From: Candidatus Parcubacteria bacterium
GTDB lineage: Bacteria; Patescibacteriota; Minisyncoccia; Minisyncoccales; JAGMDC01
Assembly (NCBI GenBank): GCA_023130975.1
Contig: JAGMAD010000003.1
Span: 195,692 to 243,635 of the forward strand
Direction: 5' to 3'
DNA: 47,944 nt
The position numbers were made by a program, and so were the translations under genes. Below the pieces are notes generated by a model. The model was not told the DNA's origin and did not search any database. It saw only the letters and a program-made list of their open reading frames with translations. This document shows positions 28,847-38,392 of the stretch, in pieces. Numbering within the stretch: the stretch's first letter is position 1; each line of letters begins with the position of its first letter.

Positions 28847-30463
28847 TCAATGTATTTCTTCCTTCTTTTCTTTTAAAAAGTATCGCCATTGCTCTAAGAA
28901 TTTTACAAAAGAAAGGAAAGGCATATCAATTAGAGCAGCGATCATTAAAGCAATATTTAATTTAGCCCATTTTCTTGAAAACCATCTTCCCACACTTACT
29001 ACTGGCAGAGTAAAGAAATCAAAAAGAGTGCGTAAAAATGTTTCTTTTTCTTTTTCTATTGTAAGTTCTTTGCCTCTTTCTCTGATTTTTACTCCGAAAA
29101 AACTAATCATTGACAGGAATAAAAGAAATATAATCATAGAAAGAGTTCCGAAATCTAATCTTTGGAGTAATAAGATAATTATACCAAATGAAAAAATAAA
29201 AGCCAAGGAATAAATACCAAGAATTATAGTATTTAAAATTTTTCCTCTCTTTTTTGGTATTTTTATTTCATAAATATCTTTTTTTTCTCTTACAAAGACA
29301 AGCTTCATCACTTCCATTATTACTCGCTGGAGATTTTCTTTTTTTGGAGGTCTAACGGTTGCTACCAAAAGAAACATCAGAAAAGGAGGGAAAAGAATAT
29401 TCACTCCTAAGCTGAGATAATTAAAATCACCAGTAATAAATTTATCAAAAGGTATTTCAATTGATAACGCCAAGACCATTTTAGTTATAAAAATAGAAAG
29501 AGTGGTATAAATAGCTGCTCGTCTCATTACTCCTTTTAATTTAATTACTCTTTTGTTATAGGACTTTTTAATCAATTCTTCTAAAATTTCCGGTTTTTCA
29601 AAGTTTTCTTTTACTTTCATTGGATTTTCTCCTATAACATCTCCTAAAATTAAATAAGGAGTATCGTATTTTTCGCAAAGATGATAGAATTTTTCCGCTA
29701 AAGGATGATAGAGAGCTTTTTCAACTTTTCTTTTGGTGGAATAGATATTTTGAGCAATTTCTAAAAGTAGAGGAGAAGAAGGAGAAAGCTCATTCCATCC
29801 TATGTATTGTTTTTCTAAAAGATTATAACCAATTATAGAGTCGTCTACCTTGAAAAGAGCTTTCTGGACAGCAATATAAATTTGAATATTTTTTTCATTC
29901 TCTGTCATTTTCTCTATTGTTATTCCTGCCATACTAATAGTTCCTTCCCGAATTTTTATTTGTTCCTTTATCAATCCAAACATATATTCAATCGATGCTT
30001 CTTCTTTTACAGGAGGGGAAAGAGTTTTTTCTAATTCATAACTGGCAATTTCTATGAGCCAATCCTGAAGTTCTTTTTTTTCTTTTTCTGGCCTATTGGG
30101 TCTGTTTTCTAAAATATAAAAGTATTTGTCAATGAGTTTCTGAACAACTGTTATTTTTGATTCAGGAATAGTATCGTTGGGAAAATGTCCACCCCTAATC
30201 AATTCATAAGTTAGCGATTCAGCCATTCCTTGTCTTTTTTCTTGGCCAAAAATAATTCTTCTTTTTAAAGACCGCTCAATAGCTCTTTTTCTTAAAAGAT
30301 GCTCTTCTCTCCAATCAATCACACCTTTTATTTTTTCATAAAAAGCAGCCACCCTGGAAGCAACTTCATCTACATGAATAGTAGAGACACCCTCCTTTGG
30401 TTGAAGGGATTGATGCCAGTTTTGGTATTTTTGAACTAGCTTTTCTGTTTCTTGTGATAACAT
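28847..30463 (-). CDS. Hypothetical multi-pass membrane protein (538 aa)
   Basis: Soluble helical N-terminal region of about 320 aa, then about 5 hydrophobic helices (e.g. ILNTIILGIYSLAFIFSFGIIILLL). No family recognised with confidence. Confidence 0.7.
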   Translation of the reverse strand: MLSQETEKLVQKYQNWHQSLQPKEGVSTIHVDEVASRVAAFYEKIKGVIDWREEHLLRKRAIERSLKRRIIFGQEKRQGMAESLTYELIRGGHFPNDTIPESKITVVQKLIDKYFYILENRPNRPEKEKKELQDWLIEIASYELEKTLSPPVKEEASIEYMFGLIKEQIKIREGTISMAGITIEKMTENEKNIQIYIAVQKALFKVDDSIIGYNLLEKQYIGWNELSPSSPLLLEIAQNIYSTKRKVEKALYHPLAEKFYHLCEKYDTPYLILGDVIGENPMKVKENFEKPEILEELIKKSYNKRVIKLKGVMRRAAIYTTLSIFITKMVLALSIEIPFDKFITGDFNYLSLGVNILFPPFLMFLLVATVRPPKKENLQRVIMEVMKLVFVREKKDIYEIKIPKKRGKILNTIILGIYSLAFIFSFGIIILLLQRLDFGTLSMIIFLLFLSMISFFGVKIRERGKELTIEKEKETFLRTLFDFFTLPVVSVGRWFSRKWAKLNIALMIAALIDMPFLSFVKFLEQWRYFLKEKKEEIH

Positions 30464-30568
30464 AGTTTTTTATTTCGGCGGTTCTCATCCCCGTTGTAAA
30501 CAACGGGGTATTTCCGCCGCCGAAAGAACTTGCCCGAAGGGATACCCTGTCCTTTAGGGCAGGGTAGT
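30464..30568 (-). other. GC-rich multi-hairpin intergenic region between thrS and the membrane-protein gene
   Basis: On the plus strand: TTCGGCGG...[CCCCGTTG-TAAA-CAACGGGG]...CCGCCGAA nested stems, CCC-GAA-GGG, and ACCCTGTCC-TTT-AGGGCAGGGT. Confidence 0.5.
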
Positions 30569-32302
30569 TCATTTTTTTTGAATTTTTTCCAAAAATTTAT
30601 TTAATTTCATCATTCCAATATCACCCTTGCCTCTTTCACGGATGCGGACTGCATTTGATTTTTCTTCTTTATCACCAATTACTAAAAGATAAGGAATTTT
30701 TTGAATTTCTCCTTCCCTGATTTTTTTAGAAACTGTCTCATTCTCATCTTTTAACGCGCACCGAGAACGGTTCTCAATGAGTTTTTCTGTGATTTGTTTG
30801 GCGTATTTTTCGTGCCGTTTTCCGACCGGAATAACCCAAACCTGGACAGGGGAGAGCCACAAAGGCAAAGCACCAGCATAATGTTCTAACAATATACCGA
30901 TAAATCTTTCCAGAGAGCCCATTAAGGCACGGTGAATAATAACTGGTCTTTTCTTTTTTCCTTTATTGTCAACATATTCAAGATTGAAACGTTCTGGCAT
31001 AAAGAAATCTAATTGGATAGTGCCCATTTGCCAGGTTCTTCCTATAGAATCATCAATATGAATGTCAATTTTAGGTCCATAAAATGCCCCGTCTTTTTCC
31101 TTTAGTCCGTATTTTATATTGTTTTTTTTCAGAGCATATTTAAGGGCTTTTTCTGCTTTTTCCCAAGTTTTTTTATCTCCAATGGCATCGTCAGGTCTTG
31201 TAGACAGATAAACTTTTCTTTTCATTGAGAACGGCTTATAAATCTCATCCACAATTTTTAAAAGCGTAGTTACTTCAGATTCTATGTTTTCTTTTGCGAC
31301 AAAAATATGTGCGTCATCTTGAGTTATTTCTTGTACCCTAAACAGGCCATGCAATTCTCCGGATTTTTCATTTCTGAAAACAATCCCTAACTCTCCGATT
31401 CTCATAGGCAAATCTTTATAGCTGCGCGGACTTTCTTTGTATAATAATATTGTCCCCGGACAATCCATTGGCCTTAAGGCCAATTTTTTCTTTTCCCTAA
31501 TGGTAAAAAACATATTATCTTTATAATGTTCATAATGGCCTGATTGCTTCCAAAGTTTAACATCTAAAATATTTGGTAATTTTACTTCTTGATAGTTATA
31601 TTTTGATTGAATTTTTCGCCAGTGTTCAACAAGCATATTGAAAATTAATAGTCCTTTGTGATGCCAAAATGGCATACCGGGCGCTTCTTCATGAAAAGAA
31701 AATAAATCAAGTTTCGGACCCATTTTTCTATGGTCTCTTTTCTCGGCTTCTTTTTGCTGATGAAGATAGTCCTGAAGTTCTCTTTTTGTCTGAAAGGCAA
31801 TGCCGTAAATCCGGGTAAGCATCGGATTTTTTTCATCTCCTTTCCAATAAGCGCCAGCAATTTTAGTTAGTTTGAACGCATCAATAATTTCTTTTGCCTT
31901 CCCTGAATGAAATTGAAGAGTTGATTTAATATGCGGTCCCTTACACAAATCTATGAAATCACCCACTTTGTAAATTGATACTGGCAGAGAACTGTTCTCT
32001 GTCAATTCTTTAATTAATTCTAATTTGTAGGACTGATTTTTAAATAATCTATCAAAGTCGGACTTCGATAACTTGGATTTCTTAAAAGAAATGTTTCTTT
32101 TGATAATCTCTCGCATTTTCTTTTCTATTTTTGGCAGGTTTTCAGAAGATATAGAGGATGGCAAATCAAAATCATAATAAAAACCGTTTTCTATTGCTGG
32201 CCCAATACCAAATTTGGTTCCGGGATAAAGTTCTTGCATTGCGTAAGCAAGAATATGAGCAAGTGAATGTCTCACCGTGTCTATTTTAATTTGTTTTGCC
32301 AT
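30569..32302 (-). CDS. thrS: Threonyl-tRNA synthetase (no N-terminal TGS domain)
   Basis: MAKQIKIDTVRHSLAHILAYAMQ (editing-domain HxxxH), class II core and anticodon-binding domain. Start set at ATG 32302. The 26 upstream in-frame codons are the AATTGAAAATTTTTT repeat. Confidence 0.9.
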   Translation of the reverse strand: MAKQIKIDTVRHSLAHILAYAMQELYPGTKFGIGPAIENGFYYDFDLPSSISSENLPKIEKKMREIIKRNISFKKSKLSKSDFDRLFKNQSYKLELIKELTENSSLPVSIYKVGDFIDLCKGPHIKSTLQFHSGKAKEIIDAFKLTKIAGAYWKGDEKNPMLTRIYGIAFQTKRELQDYLHQQKEAEKRDHRKMGPKLDLFSFHEEAPGMPFWHHKGLLIFNMLVEHWRKIQSKYNYQEVKLPNILDVKLWKQSGHYEHYKDNMFFTIREKKKLALRPMDCPGTILLYKESPRSYKDLPMRIGELGIVFRNEKSGELHGLFRVQEITQDDAHIFVAKENIESEVTTLLKIVDEIYKPFSMKRKVYLSTRPDDAIGDKKTWEKAEKALKYALKKNNIKYGLKEKDGAFYGPKIDIHIDDSIGRTWQMGTIQLDFFMPERFNLEYVDNKGKKKRPVIIHRALMGSLERFIGILLEHYAGALPLWLSPVQVWVIPVGKRHEKYAKQITEKLIENRSRCALKDENETVSKKIREGEIQKIPYLLVIGDKEEKSNAVRIRERGKGDIGMMKLNKFLEKIQKK

Positions 32303-32366
32303 ATTTCTAATTTTTAATTGAAAATTTTTTAATTGAAAATTTTTTAATTGAAAATTGAAAATTATT
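32303..32366. repeat. 16-nt-period tandem repeat spacer (TTAATTGAAAATTTTT units)
   Basis: TTTTTAATTGAAAATTTTTTAATTGAAAATTTTTTAATTGAAAATTGAAAATT between the dnaE stop and the thrS start. Confidence 0.8.
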
Positions 32367-35300
32367 TTATCCTTCTTCAACTACTTCCTCAATTTCGTTG
32401 CAGATTATTTTAGGAACTCCGCCACGGTTGTCAACTCTTCCTTTAACCATTACGATTTTATTCTCTTGGAAAATAGTTGGATTTTGTTCAATCACTGATG
32501 GAAAAACCACTAATTCAATTTTATCTGTTTGGTCTTCTAATTTGACAAAAAGCATTGGCTTGCCGTTTTTGGCAATGATTTTTTTAATGCTGCAAATTAC
32601 TCCTCCGATTCTTACTATTTTTCCAGTTATGTCTTGAGAAATTTTTACCAAAGGCAGAACCCTTTTTTCAAATGCCTTTTTAAAATCTTCCATAGGATGA
32701 CTGGTAATATATAGCCCTAAAAGTTCTTTTTCCCAGTTCAATCTTTCTTTCTTTGAAGCTGAAGGAGCAGAAGAGAGAGTTATGCCATTATTTGAATTTT
32801 TTCCTTGATGATTAGCAGGCAAGGCCTCAAAAAGTCCTTTTTGTCCATTAGCTTTATTTTTTTGGGTCTCCCGACTCCACTCTAATAATCTTTCCAGATT
32901 TTGCAAGAGCTTGTTCCTTTCTTCAAATTTATCAAAAGCACCAGTTTTAATCAAGCTCTCCAATGATTTTTTATTAAGGTCTTTAGAACTAACTCGATTA
33001 ACAAAGTCGTCAATTGAAGCAAAAGAACCGTTTTTCTTTCTTTCTTCTACAATTGCTTCTACTACATTATAACCAACATTTTTAATAGCTAAAAGCCCAA
33101 AGCGAATTTTCTTTTCATCTGGCACTACGCTGAAGTTTCTGAAACTTTCATTAATATCCGGCGCCAGAACTTCTATTTTCATTTTCTTACATTCTTCAAT
33201 CAAAAAGGCAATTTTTTCAATATCATTTTTTTCAGAAGTTAAAGCAGCAGCCATAAATTCAACCGGATAATTAGTTTTAAGATAAGCAGTCCGATAAGCG
33301 ATCATTGCATAAGAAGCTGCATGCGAGCGGTTGAAGCCATAGCTGGCAAAAGGTAAAATCCATTCCCAGATTTTTTGAGCAATTTCTTTTTTCACTCCTT
33401 GATTTATTGCTCCGTTAATGAACTTTTCTTTTTGTTCTAAAAGAAGTTTTTTAATTTTCTTACCAACTGCTTTTCTTAATATATCTGCTTCAGATAAAGA
33501 AAATCCAGCTAGTTTTTGGGCAATTTGCATCAACTGTTCCTGATAAACCATTATTCCATAGGTTCTTTCTAAAATTGGTTGTAATTTTGGATGAATATAT
33601 TTTATTTTCTTGGGATTATGTTTTCCCTTGATGTAGCTTGGTATAAACTGCATTGGTCCGGGTCGGTACAAAGCAACCATAGCAATGATATCTTCAAATT
33701 CAGAAGGTTTTAATTGTTTCAAATATCTTTTCATTCCATCGCTTTCCAACTGAAACACACTTGTGCTTTCTCCTTTTTGTAAAAGTTCATAGGTTTTTTT
33801 ATCATCTAAAGGAATATTTTCAATTTTGAGAGATTTATTTTGAACTTTATAGATACGGCTTAGGGTATCTTCAATAATAGTCAAGTTTTTCAATCCCAAA
33901 AGGTCCATTTTCAATAACCCTAAATCTTCAATTGAATGCATTTCATACTGGGTGACAATAGTTTCATCATTTTGGGTTGGATGTTGAAGAGGTACTAATT
34001 CAGTCAAGGGTTCTTTGGCAATTACTACGCCGCAAGCATGAGTAGAAGCGTGCCGGGCAACTCCTTCTAATTTTTTAGCCAAATCAATCAGCCGAGTTGC
34101 TTTTTCATCTGATTGATAAATCTGCTTGAACTCATCAATTCTCTCAAGAGTTTGATCTAAAGTAAAACCAAAAGGAATCATTTTAGCAATTTGGTCACAG
34201 TAGCTGTAAGGATACTGTAATGCTCTGCCAACGTCCCTTATTACTGCCCGAGAAGCCATTGTTCCAAAAGTAATAATTTGAGCTACTTTATCTCTTCCAT
34301 ATTTTTGGGAAATATAATTTATTACTTCATCTCTTCTCCAATCAGTAAAATCAAGGTCAATATCAGGAAGAACGCCTTCTAACCGGCCCGGGTTTAAAAA
34401 TCTTTCAAATAATAGATTATATTTAATCGGGTTAATATCCGTGATATTCAAAAGATAAGAAACAATGGAGCCGGCCGCGGAACCTCTTCCCGGACCAACA
34501 ACAATCCGGTTTTCTTTTGCCCAATTGACAAAATCCTGGACAATAAGAAAATAAGAAGCAAAGCCGGTTTGTTTAATTACAGATAGTTCATATTCCAATC
34601 GTTTTATTGCTTCATCACGGTTTTTTATCTGGTCTTTGCGCTTTTTCAATCCCTGCTCGCACAACTTTTTTAAATATTCATCGTGATTTTCATTTTCTGG
34701 CAAAGGAAAGTAAGGAAGTTTTGTCTCGCCTAATTTAAATTCAAAATTACAGAGTTCTTTTATTTTTTGAGTATTTTCAATGGCGCTGGGAACCTCTTTA
34801 AAATCATTAATCATTTTTTCTGGATTTCTTAGGGAATAATCATCCCATTTCATTGTTTTGCGATTAAGATTATCTGCTTTTGTTTCTGTATTAATTAACA
34901 TTAAAACATCTTGAGCTTCATTATCTTCAGGATGAAGGTAATGGCAGTCATTTGTTGCAACCAATGGAATGTCTAACTTTTTAGAAAAGGAAATTAAAGC
35001 ATCATTTACGGTTTTTTGTCCGGGCAGATTAGGATGGTGTTGAATCTCTAAATAAAAATTGTCTTTGCCAAAAATTTCTTGATATTTTAGAGCTGTTTTT
35101 TCTGCTTCTTCAATTTTTTTATTTAAGATAAGGCAAGGAATTTTTCCCTGCAGACAGCTCGTCAAGGCAATAAGCCCCTCACTATGTTTGCTTAAAAGCT
35201 CCTCATCAATTCTTGGCTTGTAGTAAAAACCATCCAGATGGGCTTTAGTAACTAATTGAACCAGATTTTTATAACCTTGTTCGTTCTTAACTAAAAGAAC

Positions 35301-35567
35301 CAAATGATATTTTTTGTCATCAATGTTTGGCCGACGTTGGGTCATTTTTTCGTATGCCATATAAAGTTCGGCACCGATAATGGGCTTAATTCCTCTTGCT
35401 ACAGCTTTTTTATAAAATTCTACTGCGCCATACAAAACACCGTGGTCAGTTAGGGCAACTGAATCCATTCCCAATTCTTTTACATAATCCAAAAGCTCGT
35501 CAATCTTTGACAAGCCGTCTAATAGGGAATAGTGGCTATGGACATGGAGATGAGTAAATTTCGGCAT
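32367..35567 (-). CDS. dnaE: DNA polymerase III alpha subunit
   Basis: 1066 aa. PHP domain start MPKFTHLHVHSHYSLLDG, polymerase core motifs, C-terminal OB fold. Confidence 0.95.
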   Translation of the reverse strand: MPKFTHLHVHSHYSLLDGLSKIDELLDYVKELGMDSVALTDHGVLYGAVEFYKKAVARGIKPIIGAELYMAYEKMTQRRPNIDDKKYHLVLLVKNEQGYKNLVQLVTKAHLDGFYYKPRIDEELLSKHSEGLIALTSCLQGKIPCLILNKKIEEAEKTALKYQEIFGKDNFYLEIQHHPNLPGQKTVNDALISFSKKLDIPLVATNDCHYLHPEDNEAQDVLMLINTETKADNLNRKTMKWDDYSLRNPEKMINDFKEVPSAIENTQKIKELCNFEFKLGETKLPYFPLPENENHDEYLKKLCEQGLKKRKDQIKNRDEAIKRLEYELSVIKQTGFASYFLIVQDFVNWAKENRIVVGPGRGSAAGSIVSYLLNITDINPIKYNLLFERFLNPGRLEGVLPDIDLDFTDWRRDEVINYISQKYGRDKVAQIITFGTMASRAVIRDVGRALQYPYSYCDQIAKMIPFGFTLDQTLERIDEFKQIYQSDEKATRLIDLAKKLEGVARHASTHACGVVIAKEPLTELVPLQHPTQNDETIVTQYEMHSIEDLGLLKMDLLGLKNLTIIEDTLSRIYKVQNKSLKIENIPLDDKKTYELLQKGESTSVFQLESDGMKRYLKQLKPSEFEDIIAMVALYRPGPMQFIPSYIKGKHNPKKIKYIHPKLQPILERTYGIMVYQEQLMQIAQKLAGFSLSEADILRKAVGKKIKKLLLEQKEKFINGAINQGVKKEIAQKIWEWILPFASYGFNRSHAASYAMIAYRTAYLKTNYPVEFMAAALTSEKNDIEKIAFLIEECKKMKIEVLAPDINESFRNFSVVPDEKKIRFGLLAIKNVGYNVVEAIVEERKKNGSFASIDDFVNRVSSKDLNKKSLESLIKTGAFDKFEERNKLLQNLERLLEWSRETQKNKANGQKGLFEALPANHQGKNSNNGITLSSAPSASKKERLNWEKELLGLYITSHPMEDFKKAFEKRVLPLVKISQDITGKIVRIGGVICSIKKIIAKNGKPMLFVKLEDQTDKIELVVFPSVIEQNPTIFQENKIVMVKGRVDNRGGVPKIICNEIEEVVEEG

Positions 35568-35604
35568 TAACTCATTATATCACCCCCAATTTTACAAGCA
35601 ACTA

Positions 35605-35632
35605 TTGACAAATTCCGTAAGAGTTCTATGAT
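35605..35632 (+). promoter_or_regulatory. sigma70-like promoter for the lipoprotein gene
   Basis: TTGACA (35605-35610), 16 nt, TATGAT (35627-35632). Confidence 0.55.
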
Positions 35633-35670
35633 ATTTAGTAGTTCATTGAAACAAATAATATGGAAAAGAT

Positions 35671-35722
35671 ATTACCTCCTTGATTGGCTATCAATTTTTT
35701 GGCAACCAGCCAAGGAGGTAAT
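35671..35722 (+). promoter_or_regulatory. 5'-UTR hairpin that pairs with the SD of the lipoprotein gene
   Basis: ATTACCTCCTT (35671-35681) is the exact complement of AAGGAGGTAAT (35712-35722). GGCT/AGCC extends the stem. Confidence 0.55.
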
Positions 35723-35729
35723 GTAAAAA

Positions 35730-36158
35730 ATGAAAGATAGAAAAATAATAAGCGGGATAGTGATTACGGTGGTGTTGATGGCGATTGCTTCGATGGCCGG
35801 CTGTTTAGGAACGGAATTGGAAAAAGAATATAAAATTTGCCTTTTGAAAGGTGAAACGACAAGAATTAGTGAAGACAGCGATTATTATATACAATTACGA
35901 GAAGCACGAAGTTATACTGATGAACCAGATGAAGCAGTGATCGCAATTTACTACATACATATTTATGGAGACCCCTTTGCACAACCACTCCTTAAAAAAG
36001 ATGCAGAGCCGGTCAAGATAGATAAATTGACCATATCATTGGAAGAAGTAGACAAAAGGGAAGAATATGCCAGTATAGTTGTAAGAGAGATTAAGGGAGA
36101 GGTAGATATTTCTCCTGTCGCGGATTTCTTTAAAAAAATAAAAGATTTAATAGGGTAA
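35730..36158 (+). CDS. Putative lipoprotein (142 aa)
   Basis: Signal peptide plus lipobox-like MAIASMAGC. Strong SD AAGGAGGTAA. No family recognised. Confidence 0.65.
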   Translation: MKDRKIISGIVITVVLMAIASMAGCLGTELEKEYKICLLKGETTRISEDSDYYIQLREARSYTDEPDEAVIAIYYIHIYGDPFAQPLLKKDAEPVKIDKLTISLEEVDKREEYASIVVREIKGEVDISPVADFFKKIKDLIG

Positions 36159-36217
36159 AAAATGAATTTTTCAATTTTTACCTTTTTTTTATTTTTGGTT
36201 TGTGATATTATAAATAT

Positions 36218-36541
36218 ATGATTTACATAGCTATTTTAATTGCTGGGTTTGGCGGTGGGGTAGTGAGAGGGCTAATTGGTTATATCAAACATCAGTATTC
36301 ATATAAAAATGTTGGTTTTGACCTGCCATATTTTTTTACAATGATGTTTCTTTCCGGAATGATTGGGGTTTTAACAGCTATGACTATAAAAGAATTCGGG
36401 GTTAGTTTTTTAGGATTAGATACTTTTTCTCCGGCCTTAGGATTTATTGTCGGTTATGCTGGTGGTGACTTTATTGAAAATGTCTATAAAATAATCACCA
36501 AAAAGCAATCATTATACAAATCAGAAAGTACTAAAAAGTGA
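36218..36541 (+). CDS. Small membrane protein (107 aa)
   Basis: Three hydrophobic, Gly-rich helices (IAILIAGFGGGVVRGLIGY...). No family recognised. Confidence 0.6.
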   Translation: MIYIAILIAGFGGGVVRGLIGYIKHQYSYKNVGFDLPYFFTMMFLSGMIGVLTAMTIKEFGVSFLGLDTFSPALGFIVGYAGGDFIENVYKIITKKQSLYKSESTKK

Positions 36542-36676
36542 TTTGCTATTGTCAAATCTTTTTTTATTTGTTAGCATCAAAAGAGTTATAAATTTTAACT
36601 TTAAATAGTTAAATTTTAATTTTGAATTGTAATTTTTCACTTTTCACTTTTAACTTTTAACTTGAGCGTAGCGAAC

Positions 36677-36958
36677 ATGGCAGTTCCAAAACAAAGACAC
36701 ACTAAATCAAGAAGAGACAGGCGCCGAATGCATATTTTTCTTAAAGCGCCGGTTTCGATTAAGTGTCCAAAATGCGGGAAGCCAGTTTTACCTCATACTG
36801 TGTGTCAATTTTGTGGATACTTTAAAGGTAGAGAAGTAATTGATGTAATGAAGAAACTGACAAAAAAAGAAAGAAAAAAGAAAGAAAAAGAAATAGCAGC
36901 CAAAGAAGGAGAAAAAAAGGAAAAACCATTAAGCATGGAAGAACTGTCAAAAAAGTAA
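36677..36958 (+). CDS. rpmF: Ribosomal protein L32 with a Lys/Glu-rich C-terminal tail
   Basis: MAVPKQRHTKSRRDRRR and CPKCG...CQFCG zinc ribbon. Start ATG 36677 is directly preceded by the TTGAGCGTAGCGAAC cassette. Confidence 0.9.
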   Translation: MAVPKQRHTKSRRDRRRMHIFLKAPVSIKCPKCGKPVLPHTVCQFCGYFKGREVIDVMKKLTKKERKKKEKEIAAKEGEKKEKPLSMEELSKK

Positions 36959-36959
36959 T

Positions 36960-37047
36960 TCACTAATCAATCGCGAATTTTATCTCTAATAATCACTAAT
37001 AATATTCGAGATAATTTGTGATAGAATTAGAGATTGATTAGAGATTT
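36960..37047. repeat. Word-repeat palindromic spacer
   Basis: CACTAATCAATC...ATCTCTAATAATCAC is mirrored by GTGATAGAATTAGAGATTGATTAGAG. Confidence 0.7.
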
Positions 37048-37473
37048 ATGGCAAGCAGACATTTATCACGTTCCATAGCAATGCAAAGTTTATATGAGTG
37101 GGATTTTTCTGGTAAAAACCCAGACGGATTAAAGAAAATAACAGAAAGAAATATAAAGGAATTTGGTCCTGGTTTAGAAAATGTTGATTTGGTTTGGGAG
37201 TTGGTTAATGGAGTGAAAGATAATTTATCTCGTCTTGATAAGATTATTGAGAAAGCGGCTCCGGAATGGCCGGTGAACCAGATAAATATCATAGATAGGA
37301 ATGTTTTAAGGATTGGGCTTTATGAACTTCTTTATAGTGATAAGGAAGCCGTACCGCCAAAAGTAGCCATCAATGAAGCAATTGAATTAGCTAAAACCTT
37401 TAGCGGTGAATCATCAGGGAAATTTATAAATGGCGTATTGGGAACAGTGTTTAAAGAAATAGAGAAAAAATAA
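37048..37473 (+). CDS. nusB: Transcription antitermination factor NusB
   Basis: 141 aa. [18 protein letters not shown]...[14 protein letters not shown]...[10 protein letters not shown] pattern. Confidence 0.88.
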   Translation: MASRHLSRSIAMQSLYEWDFSGKNPDGLKKITERNIKEFGPGLENVDLVWELVNGVKDNLSRLDKIIEKAAPEWPVNQINIIDRNVLRIGLYELLYSDKEAVPPKVAINEAIELAKTFSGESSGKFINGVLGTVFKEIEKK

Positions 37474-37551
37474 ATCATTTTAACATTTTAACATATAAAC
37501 ATTTTAACACTTTGTTTGTATGTTAGCATGTTAGGATGTTAATATGTTTTC
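37474..37551. repeat. Word-repeat palindromic spacer (CATTTTAACAT family)
   Basis: ATCATTTTAACATTTTAACATATAAACATTTTAACAC is mirrored by GTATGTTAGCATGTTAGGATGTTAATATG. Confidence 0.7.
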
Positions 37552-38241
37552 GTGAAAGATTTTTCGTCTTTAGAAAAAAAATTAGGTATAAAATTCAAAA
37601 ACAAGGACTTACTGACTCAGGCATTTATTCATCGTTCTTATTTGAATGAAAATCCAGATTTTTATCTTTTTCACAACGAACGATTGGAATTTTTAGGTGA
37701 TGCTGTTTTGGAATTAGTAGTTACTCGATATCTTTTTGAAAATTATCCTAAGAAACAAGAGGGGATGATGACTAACTGGCGAGCGGCTTTAGTGAATTCT
37801 AAAATGCTTTCAAAAATTGCTAAACGGCTTGGGTTTAATGATTTTCTTTTACTCTCCCAAGGCGAAGAAAAAGAGACCGGTAAAGCTCGTCAATTTATAT
37901 TAGCAAACACTTTTGAGTCATTCATAGGAGCTTTATATTTAGATCAAGGTTATGATGCTTGTGATGGATTTATTCGTCAACATTTAATAAAGACATTGCC
38001 AGAAATTATTAAAAAAGGTCTTTTTAAAGATGCTAAATCTTCTTTTCAAGAGCAAGCCCAGGAAAAAGTAGCAGTTACCCCGTCTTATAAAGTTTTGAAA
38101 GAATGGGGGCCAGACCATAATAAGAATTTTGTAGTTGGTGTTTTTCTTAAAGAAAAACTAATTGCTGAAGGCATAGGTTCTTCAAAACAAGAAGCAGAAG
38201 AAAAGGCAGCTAAAAAGGCCTTGGAAACAAAGGGATGGTAA
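37552..38241 (+). CDS. rnc: Ribonuclease III
   Basis: 229 aa, GTG start. NERLEFLGDAVLELVV signature and a C-terminal dsRBD (GPDHNKNFVVGV...GSSKQEAEEKAAKKAL). Confidence 0.93.
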   Translation: MKDFSSLEKKLGIKFKNKDLLTQAFIHRSYLNENPDFYLFHNERLEFLGDAVLELVVTRYLFENYPKKQEGMMTNWRAALVNSKMLSKIAKRLGFNDFLLLSQGEEKETGKARQFILANTFESFIGALYLDQGYDACDGFIRQHLIKTLPEIIKKGLFKDAKSSFQEQAQEKVAVTPSYKVLKEWGPDHNKNFVVGVFLKEKLIAEGIGSSKQEAEEKAAKKALETKGW

Positions 38242-38392
38242 GCGCTCCGCTAAATTCAAAATTCAAATTTCAAAAGTCAAAAATACAATTTAAAATTCAA
38301 AATTTTTAAGATTAAAATAATTTTACATTTAGCTCTGTCATTTTGCATTTTACATTTTGAATTTTGCATTTGACCGAGTGAAATGAGGGAAT
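38242..38392. repeat. Word-repeat palindromic spacer ending in the TTGACCGAGTGAAATGAGGGAAT cassette
   Basis: AAATTCAAAATTCAAATTTCAAAAGTCAAAAA is mirrored by TTTTGCATTTTACATTTTGAATTTTGCATTT. Cassette at 38370-38392. Confidence 0.7.

Noticed and set aside
32303-32380. N-terminal extensions of thrS (MKKDKIIFNFQLKNFQLKNFQLKIRN), of the Kazal protein (28690-28737), of holB (3065-3088), of trmD (39413-39445) and of the MacA-like gene (40816-40881)
   Set aside because: The extensions are encoded by word-repeat spacers, by a terminator hairpin or by tRNA-Trp. The conserved protein N-termini begin at the internal ATGs.
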